The notes below the pieces were generated by a model. That model worked only from the letters and a program-made list of their open reading frames with translations. It ran no database searches and was not told where the DNA came from. From positions 1 through 42,259 of the forward strand of contig NW_003314371.1 of assembly GCF_000143415.4 (NCBI RefSeq): DNA of 42,259 nt. Direction: 5' to 3'. Shown here piece by piece: positions 23,752-34,091 of this stretch. The DNA comes from Selaginella moellendorffii. Lineage: Eukaryota > Plantae > Lycopodiophyta. Position numbers and translations under genes: made by a program. The first letter of the stretch is position 1. Each line of letters opens with the position of its first letter.

Positions 23752-25365
23752 ATGCTCGATCGCCATGCGTCCTTGGACCTCGTAGATCCTCCCAATTCTT
23801 CCTTGCATGGTCTCCATTCGCGCATCGATCCATCCAATCGATCTCGCCCTGACGCCTTCGCGGGCAACAAGCTCATCCAGATGCACGGCAAGCGCGGCAG
23901 CGTCGAGGAGGCGCGCCGCGTCTTCGATTCGATCCAATCCAAGGATGATTACTCCTGGGCGATGATGATTCACGCCTACGCGCGCAACGCCCGGATGGAT
24001 CACGCGCAGCAGCTCTTCGACGCGATGCCGCGGCGCAACCTCGTGTCCTGGACCGCGATGCTCAGCGGCTATGCCCGGATCGGTCATCTCGAGCGCGCCA
24101 AGGGATTCTTCGATTCCATGCCGGAGCACGGCCTCCACTCCTGGACGGCGATGCTCACAGCCTACGCGATCCACAGCCAGCTCCTCGCGGCCGCCAAGAT
24201 CTTCGCGGCCATGGAGGAGCGCGATCGGGTCTCGTGCACGGCAATGCTCTCGGCGTACGCCAAGAACGGGCGCCTCCGCGAGGCGAAGAAGATCTTCGAC
24301 GCGATGCCCGAGTGGGATCTGGTGACGCGCGACGCGATGCTCGCGGCATTTGCCGACGCTGGGCAACTGGATCGCGCAGAAAGGCTGTTCGAATCCATGG
24401 AGGAGGCCGATCTTGTGGCCTGGACTTCGATTCTCACTGCCGCAGGAGCCACGGGGCGCGTCGCTAGCGTCAAGAAGATCTTCGATCAAATGCCCGAGAG
24501 CGATCTTATCTCCTGGACCGTGATGCTGGATGCATTTGCCCAGAACGGGCATTTGGAGGAGGCCAAGCTCTTCTTTGATAGAATGCCCGAGCACACGATC
24601 TTCGCGTGGACGACGATGCTCAACGCGCTCGCCCAGCATGGATACCTCGACGAGGCAAAGCTTCTCTTCGATCGAATGCCACACAGAGATCGCTTCGCCA
24701 CGACCTCGATGCTCGTCGCGTATGCCCACAACGGGCATCTGTGCGAGGCGCGCGAGATATTCGATTCCATCCACGGCAAATCGCTCGTCCCGGAGACGGC
24801 GATGGTGTCCGCCTACGCGCGTGCCGGCAAGCTCCGCCTCGCCGAGCGCCTCTTCGATCAGATGCAAGAGCGCAGCATCGTCTCCTGGAACGCGATGCTC
24901 GCGGGCTACTCCCACAATGGCCGCTCCATCGCCCTCTTCGCGGCGATGAATCTCACGGAGTTCCCAGACGAGATGTCGCTGTGCTGCGCGCTGCTGGGTT
25001 GCGCCCACCTCGGAGATCTCCATCGCGGTTGGGAGTTCTTCGTGGCTATGGCGATGGATTTTGTTCTAGCGCCGCGCAAGGAGCACTACTGCTGTATGGT
25101 GAGCCTCCTGGGGCGCGCCGGGCATCTCGCCCACGCCGAGGAGCTCCTCCACTCCATGCCCTTTGTGCCCGAGGCGCTGGATTGGACGTGTTTGCTCAGC
25201 GCTTGCCACGCCCACCGCGACGCCGAGCTCGGGGCTAAAGCCGCCAAGCTCGTGATTGGCATGGATCCACACCATGGCGCTGCCTACGTGCTCCTTACCA
25301 ACACGCATCGATCGAGGGCGCTTAGAGGGCGATTGGATTCTTGTTCGATCGATCAAGTGGATTGA
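23752..25365 (+). CDS. PLS-class PPR protein with E domain, no DYW (putative organellar RNA-editing factor)
   Basis: Tandem ~31-aa repeats (SW.AML.AYA..G.L..A...FD.MP) followed by P.KEHY.CMV.LLGRAG.L..AEEL...MPF.P....W..LL.AC..H....G and AYVLL.N. Confidence 0.92.
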   Translation: MLDRHASLDLVDPPNSSLHGLHSRIDPSNRSRPDAFAGNKLIQMHGKRGSVEEARRVFDSIQSKDDYSWAMMIHAYARNARMDHAQQLFDAMPRRNLVSWTAMLSGYARIGHLERAKGFFDSMPEHGLHSWTAMLTAYAIHSQLLAAAKIFAAMEERDRVSCTAMLSAYAKNGRLREAKKIFDAMPEWDLVTRDAMLAAFADAGQLDRAERLFESMEEADLVAWTSILTAAGATGRVASVKKIFDQMPESDLISWTVMLDAFAQNGHLEEAKLFFDRMPEHTIFAWTTMLNALAQHGYLDEAKLLFDRMPHRDRFATTSMLVAYAHNGHLCEAREIFDSIHGKSLVPETAMVSAYARAGKLRLAERLFDQMQERSIVSWNAMLAGYSHNGRSIALFAAMNLTEFPDEMSLCCALLGCAHLGDLHRGWEFFVAMAMDFVLAPRKEHYCCMVSLLGRAGHLAHAEELLHSMPFVPEALDWTCLLSACHAHRDAELGAKAAKLVIGMDPHHGAAYVLLTNTHRSRALRGRLDSCSIDQVD

Positions 25366-25371
25366 GAATTG

Positions 25372-27093
25372 ATGACTCTCTCGCAGGGAATGATGATCAT
25401 CGAGGCTAACAACAGCATTCCTCTCGATCGGGATGCCTGCATTGAGCTCATCCAGTCGTGCCGGAGCCTCGCCATGGCATCGATCGCGCATTCTAAATCC
25501 CAGCATCTCTTCCACAGCGATTCCTTCGTGAGGAATCAGATGATCCGGGCGTATGGGCGGTGCGGCGACGCATCGCGCGCTCGAGATATCTTCGATTCCT
25601 CGCCGGCAAACAGGGATCGATTCTCGTGGGGTCTTCTTCTCGCAGCATATGCCCATAATGGGCATCTTGAGCTTGCAAAAGAAACCTTTGATTCCATGCC
25701 CCGGCACAACCTCGTCGCCTGGACGACGATGCTAGCAGCGTTTTCTAATCGTGGACACGTGGCAGAATCTAAGCGGTTGTTTGACTCAATGCTAGAACGA
25801 AATATTCTGTCGTGGACCGCTATGCTTTCTGCATATGCCCAGGCCGGAAATCTAGAAAGCGCCAAGTCCTTGTTTGATTCCATGCCCGAGCACGATCTAG
25901 TCGCTTGGAATGCCCTTCTTTCGGCATATTCTATCAACGGGAATCTTCACGGCGCAAAGCGCATGTTTGATTCTATGAAGGAGAAAGACGTTGTGTCGTG
26001 GAACGCGATGCTTCACGCATATGCCCAATCAGGGCATATTGATCAAGCAATAGGGATCTTTAAGAACACTCCAATGCAATCCTTGGTATCTTGGACGACG
26101 ATTCTTGTGGCATATTCGCAAGCCGCGCTCTTGGATAAAGCAAAAGGGCTGTTTGACAAGATGCCGGAGTGGGATATAGTCTCTTGGAATGCTATTCTAT
26201 CAGCATATGCCCGGAGTGGGCGTGTCAAGGAGGCAAAGAGGCTGTTTGATGGAATGGAGGAGAAGGATCTAGCGTCGTTCATAACCATGGTGACGGCATA
26301 TGCTGCTAACGGACATTTGGAGGAGGCCAAGGTCTTTCTTGACGGAATGGCACAATGGGACATTGTCACGGTGACGGCGCTGCTAACGGCATATGCTGAG
26401 AGAGGGTATCTGGAAGATGCTAAGCGCTTGTTCGATGGCATTGAGAATCCAGACCACATTCTCTGGGCAGCAATGCTTAACGCATATTCCCAAAACGGGT
26501 ATCTCGCCGAAGCGCTAGAGCTCTTTCGAATGATACCCGAGCACAACAATTTCCTCTCCATTGCGATGCTCGTAGCATATGCCCAACGTGGGCATCTAAA
26601 TCTCGCGATCTCTATATTTGATCGCCTACCGGAGAGGAACTTGATTGCCTGGAACGCGATCCTAGCATCATGCGTCAACAACGGACGATGCGAGGTTGCG
26701 GTTGAAAGCTTTCACTCGATGAAGCTCGTGGATGTCCCGGATGAGATGAGCTTCATGTGTGTTCTTGCGGGTAGTGAGCTCCAGTCGAGCGTCAGCTCCT
26801 TCCTCTCGATGATTACGGACTTTAACATCGCGCCGAGCAAGCAGCACTATTCTTGCGTCATTGATCTCCTCGCGCGATCCGGGCACTTGAGCCACGCCAA
26901 AGATCTCATCACAAACATGCCATTTGTTCCAGATGCTCTCGACTGGAGATCTTTACTCGCTGCTTGCAAGAGCTCCAACAATCCGGGACTGGGAATCCAC
27001 GCCACGAAACAAGTCGTGAGTTTGGAGCCTAGAGATTCGTCGCCTTACATGCTCCTGGCGAACTTGACCACCGAAAACCAGGAACTTCTCTAA
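25372..27093 (+). CDS. Second PLS-class PPR protein with E domain, no DYW
   Basis: Same repeat type, ending PSKQHYSCVIDLLARSGHL..A.DLI..MPFVPD..DW.SLL.AC..SPYMLLANL. The start may be the ATG at 25372 or 25390. Confidence 0.92.
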   Translation: MTLSQGMMIIEANNSIPLDRDACIELIQSCRSLAMASIAHSKSQHLFHSDSFVRNQMIRAYGRCGDASRARDIFDSSPANRDRFSWGLLLAAYAHNGHLELAKETFDSMPRHNLVAWTTMLAAFSNRGHVAESKRLFDSMLERNILSWTAMLSAYAQAGNLESAKSLFDSMPEHDLVAWNALLSAYSINGNLHGAKRMFDSMKEKDVVSWNAMLHAYAQSGHIDQAIGIFKNTPMQSLVSWTTILVAYSQAALLDKAKGLFDKMPEWDIVSWNAILSAYARSGRVKEAKRLFDGMEEKDLASFITMVTAYAANGHLEEAKVFLDGMAQWDIVTVTALLTAYAERGYLEDAKRLFDGIENPDHILWAAMLNAYSQNGYLAEALELFRMIPEHNNFLSIAMLVAYAQRGHLNLAISIFDRLPERNLIAWNAILASCVNNGRCEVAVESFHSMKLVDVPDEMSFMCVLAGSELQSSVSSFLSMITDFNIAPSKQHYSCVIDLLARSGHLSHAKDLITNMPFVPDALDWRSLLAACKSSNNPGLGIHATKQVVSLEPRDSSPYMLLANLTTENQELL

Positions 27094-27307
27094 GATCTCG
27101 ACGGAGCCGCTTTCATTATTATCCAGATGAGCTGAAACGAGCTCGATCCGCTTATGGAGAATCTAAGTGTTGCAACTATCTCTTTTTGTTGATGCTGTTA
27201 AGAGGCAAAATTCGGCTAAACAAACAAAGCTTTCTTCTTCTGAGCAATGGCTGGGACTTTTTTTTCTCTTCTCCTACAAAAGAGGAGGTGAAGCTGACAC
27301 TGAACAA

Positions 27308-27392
27308 CATTTGAAACGGGGCCTGGCACATCACCCCCAGGTAGTTGTCGTCCTCCAGCCGGTAGCATGACTTCTTGTGGAGAACTTTGTCC
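27308..27392 (-). pseudogene. Relic of the gamma-CA last coding exon (duplicate of 30804-30888)
   Basis: DKVLHKKSCYRLEDDNYLGVMCQAPFQM here versus DKVLRKKWCYQLEEDNYLGVMRQAPFQM in the intact gene. No upstream exons. Confidence 0.8.
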
Positions 27393-27393
27393 A

Positions 27394-30050
27394 AGGAGTG
27401 GGGTTTAGATTAGAAAGAGAACAAACTAACAATCTCAACATCACCCCACAAGAATACAGGCCGATGAACACAGGAAGTTAATGGAAACACAGACCTTGGT
27501 GCAAGCTGGCTATTTATTGCGGACCTGTAGCAAAGTGTAGCACTTAAAAATAAAGAAGAAACAAAAATAAACCTAATTTAAAAAGTGCTCCAGACATTCT
27601 CTTTAAGACCTTCTGGGACTTGGAATCACAGCCTTAAAAAAACTCTTCCATCATGTGCACAATTTTCACTCTCAATATATAGATCTCATCAAATTCACAA
27701 CCACGTTTCAATAACTCAAACACCTTAATATTACAAACTAGCTAGATTTTCAAATAGTTTTATCATTTGAAAATTATTTTCACAACAATTTCTTGTCCTT
27801 TTTATGAAGAGTTTCTGAGCAAAGCTTGCCACTCCAATAGAATTGGAGTTTTGTGCAAAGCCATTGCTCTTGTTCTTGTGGCTGAAGCAATATCTACAGC
27901 AATATGAATTTACTTGGTGTTTAAGAAAGTTTATAATTTATAAATACAAAGCTGCATCACTTTGCTCCAATGGAAGAAGAACATGTTCCCATCACATTAG
28001 CTCAATGCATAAAGATAGAATGGGATCAACTAATAACTTTAAGCCTGAAGGCCAAATTTTGCTAGGAGTATGCTCAATGCCTCTAGGCTGTTAAAAACCA
28101 AGAGATTGCCTTAGCAAGGGCAGGGCCTGTGAGGCATATGAAGCACAAGACTACACTGGCCACAGGCCTTCCAAATGGACAAATGCATGATCAAGTTTAT
28201 AGCCAATTGCTATCACCAAGGATGTCCAACTTGATCCTAGCTCAGCAGCTCAACATTGGTAGAAATTCTCTAGACAAGTTTTCAATTTTTATGGCAACAA
28301 CTATATACATATATATGCATAGAATAAGCGAACATAACTAGGCATATAGGTGAACTTGAGTTCAAGTTTTTATTATTATAAATGGTGTTGAGTTAAGCTT
28401 TTGACCTCATCCTTTCATGCCAAGTGTGATTTTGAGGTGTCTCTCCTTTGTTTTATATTTATTTATCTTTCTTCTATTTTTTTAATTTTTATTCTACTTC
28501 ATCCTTTTACTTTTGTTTTCATTACTTTTATCCCTCTATTATTTTTTTTTCATATTTTCATTTTGCTCCTCTATTCCATTTTTAAATCCTTCAACAATCT
28601 TTATGTTTTAGTAGTTAACCAAGTTAAGAAAGAGTATGCTAATCTTTTCGACTTTAACCTCTTGTCTAGGGCCAAGATTATAATGCATCATCCTATTCCA
28701 ATTCAGGATAGTTGTTGAATTAAAGTTCTTGTTTAGCGTTAGTCATTGAAAAAGATCAAGATTTTATACATAAATGTTAAAGAGATGTTAAAGAAAGGTG
28801 TTATCTGAAAATTTCAAAATCATTGAGCGTATGAACATTATCTTATGACAAAGTCTAATGGGAGTATTCAATTTTACATTGACCATTGTCCATTAAACAA
28901 GATGATTATCTCAGATGGTATACCTTCTTCTTTACACTGCTAATTTATTGAATCATCTGAGTTGGTTCACTAAGTTAAATTTTGTTTCTAGGTCTTTACA
29001 AATGTTAATGGTTAAGGAAAATGTTCCCAAAGCTACATTTTGTACACCATTTAGTTTGTACAAGTTTTTAGTAATGTTGTACAACTTCTATCATCATCCA
29101 ACTATAGAGTACAATGTGAATAAAATAATACTAGTTTCATTTTCCCAATTTTACAGTATATAAATAGGCTTTTTGCTTAATGGAAGGGATCGTTTGTGGC
29201 AAGTTAGATTACAAGTTTATGAAGTTTAATTTAATAAGCCAATTCTTTAAAATTTTTATATGTGCAATAATTAAAAGGCTTCATAGAAAGGGATTAGGAA
29301 TAATTGGCACCATCTACAAATACATTAGTGCTTTTTCTTAATGTTTTTTTAAATCTTGGTCAATCAATTAAAGAACCTTAATTGCCTTCCATTTTTCTAA
29401 AGAAAAAGGGATAATATGAGGTCCAAATGTACAATTATAATGCCATATATTGGACCATTTTTTCTTATATATAAACTAAGGTATTTGGGTTAATTAAATA
29501 TGCATATTTTTATATTTCATTTCCATATTCCATACACTCACAAAGGCAATTATATGCTTGAGATCTTGGGATATAATACTCTTTCTAGCAATCTTAGGAT
29601 GCAAAACTTTTTCTAGCATTAGAGAGTTGGGTAGAGATTGTTTTCCCTAGATCCAGCAATATATAGGTGTGGAAATTGACTTTCCCAACACAAGCATCTA
29701 AATCTTCTAATTTCTATATAGAAATTTAATCATGGAATGCAATCCTAGCATCCTGCATGAACAATGGATATTCTCCAAGATCTTTTAGAAATGGCTAACA
29801 CTCTCTATACATTCTTACCTTAAAATGTGTAAGAACCCATTACCCATTAACCATTGTGGAGGAGAAATATTTAAGTTCACTATACCAAGAATGATGATTC
29901 TTTCTATAATAAGAATCTTATTTCAATTTTGATGATTTGTATTTTGTTAAATATGTTTTAAGTGCAAATAACCTCTATATAAACACAGAAGCACAAGTGA
30001 AAATATAATCACAAATATATTAGGAGAAATTTAAGGTGCTTAAACCTTGA
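27394..30050 (-). mobile_element. AT-rich insert, probably a heavily decayed transposon (possibly non-LTR/LINE-derived)
   Basis: Abrupt AT-rich block between the two halves of a duplication. Faint minus-strand fragments (HPKIARKSII, EKWKAIKVL) recall a LINE RT C-terminal region. No intact ORF. Confidence 0.3.
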
Positions 30051-30055
30051 CAGTG

Positions 30056-30505
30056 AAGAGAGGGTATCTGGAAGGTTCCAAGCATCTGTTTGATAAACGG
30101 GTATCTTGCTGAGAGCATGATACCTTTGCAATATATGCCCCACACGGGCATCTAGATCTTGCGATTTCCACGTTTGATTGCCTACTGGAATGCGATCCTG
30201 GCATCGTGTGTCAACAATGGACGATGTGAGGTCGCGATCGAAAGCTTCGATCTCCCGGATCGTGTTCCGGTCGAGCATCTCGATGAACTTTAGCAGAGCA
30301 AGCAGCACTATGCGTGATCAATCTCCTCTCACGATCTGGGCACTTGGGCCAGGTTAAAGATCTCATCACAAACATGCCATTTGTTCCAGACGCAGATCCT
30401 TGAATCCACGCCACGAAACAAGTCGTGAGTTTGGAGCCTGGAGATTCGTCGCCTTAACATGCTCCTGGCGAACTTGACCACGAAAACCAGGAGCTTCTCT
30501 GAGAT
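30056..30505 (+). pseudogene. Deleted duplicate of the 3' end of the second PPR gene
   Basis: Blocks match 26398-27095 (e.g. agagggtatctggaag, gcaagcagcactat, aaagatctcatcacaaacatgccatttgttccaga, gctcctggcgaacttgaccac), with many internal deletions. Confidence 0.85.
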
Positions 30506-30761
30506 CTCGGAGGAGCCCGAGTGGATTCTTTTCTTGTCTTTCGTTATTATCCAGATGAATGGATCGAACTGAGCTGAAACGAGCTCGATCCACTTATGAA
30601 AAATCGAAGTGTGCTGACTGTGTCTCTTTGTGTTGATGATGTTGGGAGGAAAAATTCGGCCAAACAAACAAAGTTTTCTTCTTCTGAACAATGGTGGGAC
30701 TGTTTTTTCTCTTCTCCTGCAAAAGAGTAATCTCGAGAGAAAAATAGCGAAGCTCTCGAGC

Positions 30762-31847
30762 TTACCCAGTGGCTGATCTCTTGACGGCCTTGACGCCGAA
30801 TGGCATTTGAAACGGCGCCTGGCGCATCACTCCGAGGTAGTTGTCTTCCTCGAGCTGGTAGCACCACTTCTTGCGGAGAACTTTGTCCTCCTCGATCTCG
30901 TCCGAGTACTTCTCATTCTCCTGCGCGTGCACGATTGCCAGGTTGCTGTAGTTTTCGGCCGACTTCGTGATAAACGAGGTCTCCTCCTCGGTGAGGTTCC
31001 TCAGGAACCTGGCCGGGTTTCCAGCCCAGATCTGCGAGGACGAGTAGAATCAATCAAAACAAAGTTTTGTTTCTTCTTTTCTGTGACTTACCTCTCCAGA
31101 AGGAATGCGGGTGTTTTGCGTGACCAATGAACCAGCTCCCACCATCGCGCCCTTCTCAACGTAAACTCCATCGAGCAAAGTCGCGCCCATTCCCACAAAG
31201 GACTCGTCATCGACAGTGCAGGCATGAAGCACCGCATTGTGGCCTAGAAACAAACTTCTCACAAACTTTGGCGATGAAAGGAAAAAAAAAAAAGAAGAAT
31301 AGACGTGCTCACCGATTGTCACTGCGTCGCCTATAATCGTTGGAGCAACTTTGCCACTCATGCCCGTTCTTGCTACGTGAACGAGAGTATTATCCTGGAT
31401 ATTTGTTCCATAGCCGACTCTTATCTCATTCACATCACCTAAGTAGCAAAGAACTTAAACACAGGGAAGAACACACCAAAAAAAATCTCTTTTAGTACCT
31501 CTTAGAACGCAGCCATACCAGATGGACGAGCCTCCGGCAACGCTAACATCCCCAATAAGCGTGGCACTGGGAGCTATAAATACATTCTCCATCACTTCCG
31601 GCTTCTTGTCGTAGAGATTCATGAGCGTCCGATGCCTATTCACTGCGGCGCGCAACGATCAGTCCCTAGAAATCACCGCGCAGCTAGAACCCTAGCGCGA
31701 GAGCCGCAAATATTCCTGGGAATCGAGTCGAGACTTACATTGCTCCCGGAAGATGTAGTTGCCTTGAATCCTGCATCCCAGCCGGTCCAGCGCCTGGCCA
31801 GTCTCGCGAATCCAGAAGCCGATCTGGTAGAGCGCCCTCCCCGCCAT
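30762..31847 (-). CDS. GAMMACA: Mitochondrial gamma carbonic anhydrase (complex I CA domain); exons 31847-31739, 31642-31499, 31438-31313, 31243-31092, 31031-30762
   Basis: MAGRALYQIGFWIRETGQALDRLGCR.QG, RHRTLMN, SSIWYGCVLRGDVN, GTNIQDNTLVHV, TIGHNAVLHACT (three His retained), GNPARFLR. The 3' end is ambiguous because the stop overlaps a GTAAG donor. Confidence 0.9.
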
Positions 31848-32192
31848 CGCTCGCCCGCTCCACAGGCTCTGGAAAACCCCTTGAACCTAGACATTCCCGA
31901 GAATATGCCAAATCGAGAATGATTTCGTGCACATTCTGTCAGTCCACAAACGGTGTGCCGTTTGTGGCATATTCTGTTACTCGTAACAGGAATCGAACGC
32001 GCGTCATTTACAAAACCGTTTGAGCGGTGACGTGGCCCCCTGGTTATAAGCCTGGTTAAAGATCTCTCTCTTTGTTTTCTCGCTCGAGTGCTCTTTTGCG
32101 TGAGCTCTCTAGCTCTCTAGCGGCGATATTTCCAGGGTTTGCTCGGCCGCCGCGATCGATCGATCTAGCGGAGGGGAGTGAGCGGCGGCGCA

Positions 32193-33026
32193 ATGGCGGC
32201 TGGATCCGGATCGCCGACGAGCATTGTGCCCAAGCTCCAGATCTTCATCGGCTACGACCCTAGGGAGCACGACGCGTTCGAGGTATGCCGCCACTCCATC
32301 CTCCGCCACGCCACAATGCCGGTGGAGATCACCCCCATCAAGCAATCCCAGCTGCGCGCCAGCGGGCTCTACACGCGGACCAAGGATCCCACCGAGAGCA
32401 CCGAGTTTTCCTTCACGCGCTTCCTCACGCCCTTCCTGGCGGGCTTCCACGGCTGGGCGATGTTCGTCGACTGCGATTTCCTCTACACGGCCGACGTCCG
32501 CGAGCTGGCCGCCCTCATCGACGATCGCTACGCGGTGATGTGCGTCCAGCACGACTACACCCCCAAATCGGCCACCAAGATGGATGGCGTCGTCCAGACG
32601 AGCTATCCGCGCAAGAACTGGTCGTCCATGGTGCTCTACAATTGCGCGCACCCCAAGAACATGATCCTCACGCCCGCGCTCGTCAGCTCCCAGACCGGGG
32701 CATTCCTCCATCGATTCCTCTGGCTCGACGACGCTGACATTGGATCCATCCCCTTCGTGTGGAACTTCCTCGTCGGCCACAACAAGATGGGCGATGGCGC
32801 CGGGCTCCCAAAGGCGATCCACTACACGTCCGGGGGGCCGTGGTTTGAGGCGTGGAAGGATTGCGAGTACGCGGAGCTGTGGCTGCGCGAGAGGGAGGAT
32901 CTCCGGCGGGCCCAAGCGATGATCCACAAGAACGCGGCGTCGATGATCCACCACGCGGACGATTTGCTCAAGCTGGAGATGGATGGGAAGGCGCTGGAGG
33001 ACCGAGTGGCGGAGGTGAGCGCGTGA
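32193..33026 (+). CDS. CDI: CDI-like nucleotide-diphospho-sugar transferase, intronless
   Basis: Motifs: IFIGYDPRE, ESTEFSFTRFLTP.LA, WAMFVDCDFLY, KMDG.VQT.YPRKNWSSMVLYNC.HPKN, GAFLHRF.WL, WNFLVGH, KAIHYTSGGPWF. Confidence 0.88.
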   Translation: MAAGSGSPTSIVPKLQIFIGYDPREHDAFEVCRHSILRHATMPVEITPIKQSQLRASGLYTRTKDPTESTEFSFTRFLTPFLAGFHGWAMFVDCDFLYTADVRELAALIDDRYAVMCVQHDYTPKSATKMDGVVQTSYPRKNWSSMVLYNCAHPKNMILTPALVSSQTGAFLHRFLWLDDADIGSIPFVWNFLVGHNKMGDGAGLPKAIHYTSGGPWFEAWKDCEYAELWLREREDLRRAQAMIHKNAASMIHHADDLLKLEMDGKALEDRVAEVSA

Positions 33027-33176
33027 GAGAGATTTTCCCCCCAAATCTAGCGATGGGGAACAAGGATTCTTTTCTATGCTCTAGAATAAGCGCTGTTCTT
33101 CGTGTAAAATATATTTATACATACACATTCTTTGGGTCTCTAGTGGCTAGGGTTCCTCGCGAAATATTTCGAGGCG

Positions 33177-34055
33177 ATGACGACGATCCGGCGCTTCACC
33201 TGCGCGGATCTCTTCCGGATGACGCACATCAACTTCGATCACTTGACGGAGACGGTAAGCTTGTCCCTCCTCGCAGCGCTACCTAGCTTTGCTTCGATTG
33301 GAAGAATGGGATCGATTGATTCTGGCCCTTGTGCTTGTTGTTGCCAGTTTAATATGCATTTCTATCTCACTTATCTCTCGCAATGGCCCGACTACTTCCA
33401 TGTCGCGGAAGCTCCCAATGGACATCTGATGGGATACAGTGAGAACTTTGTTTCTTTTTTTTTTTTCTCGGAGATGTCTCATTATTCTTTGTGGCAGTAA
33501 TGGGGAAAGTGGAAGGCATCGGTGAATCGTGGCATGGGCATGTAACAGCAGTGACTGTAGCTCCAGAGTACAGGCGGCAGCAATTGGCGATGAAACTCAT
33601 GAACATTTTGGAGGAAGTCACTGAGAAAACGTGAGTTCTTTCCGTTTTTTTTCTTTTGTTTTTCCTGCTGTTTTGCTTGCATTGTTCATTGACGAATGAT
33701 CAACCATGGTTCCAGCTACAATGGCTACTTCGTGGATTTGTTCGTGAGAGCATCCAATACTCTCGCCATAAGGATGTACAAGAAGGTAACGAGTTTTCTC
33801 TTAAAAACCTCCATTGCTCACCGGAAAATCGTTCCTTTGCAGCTGGGATATGTAATATACAGAAGGGTGATCAAGTACTACTCCGGCGAAGAAGACGCGC
33901 TAGGTGCGTTGCTTTTCATTTTTGAAGGAGATGGCGTTCTATATATTTCTTGCGTTTGTCCAGATATGCGGAAGCCTATGCCGAGAGATGTCGAGAGAAA
34001 ATCCATAATCTCGCCTAAGCAGATGGTCACTCCAGAGGAGCTGGAGTACGACTAG
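33177..34055 (+). CDS. NAA20: N-terminal acetyltransferase B catalytic subunit; exons 33177-33254, 33348-33438, 33498-33630, 33716-33785, 33843-33903, 33964-34055
   Basis: Spliced product: MTTIRRF..DHLTET|FN..FYL.YL..WPDYF..MGY|IMGKVEG.GESWHGHVTAVTVAPEYRRQQLA..|FVDLFVRASN..AI.MY.K|LGYVIYRRV..YYSGEEDAL|DMRK. Confidence 0.93.
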
Positions 34056-34091
34056 CAGCTTGCATGACCTAATGCAATAGAGTAATAAAAG

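Noticed and set aside
23710-25023. 437-aa minus-strand ORF
   Set aside because: Antisense shadow of the GC-rich PPR1 gene; its periodicity mirrors the PPR repeats.
32109-33044. 311-aa minus-strand ORF
   Set aside because: Antisense shadow of the GC3-rich CDI gene, with no recognisable motif.
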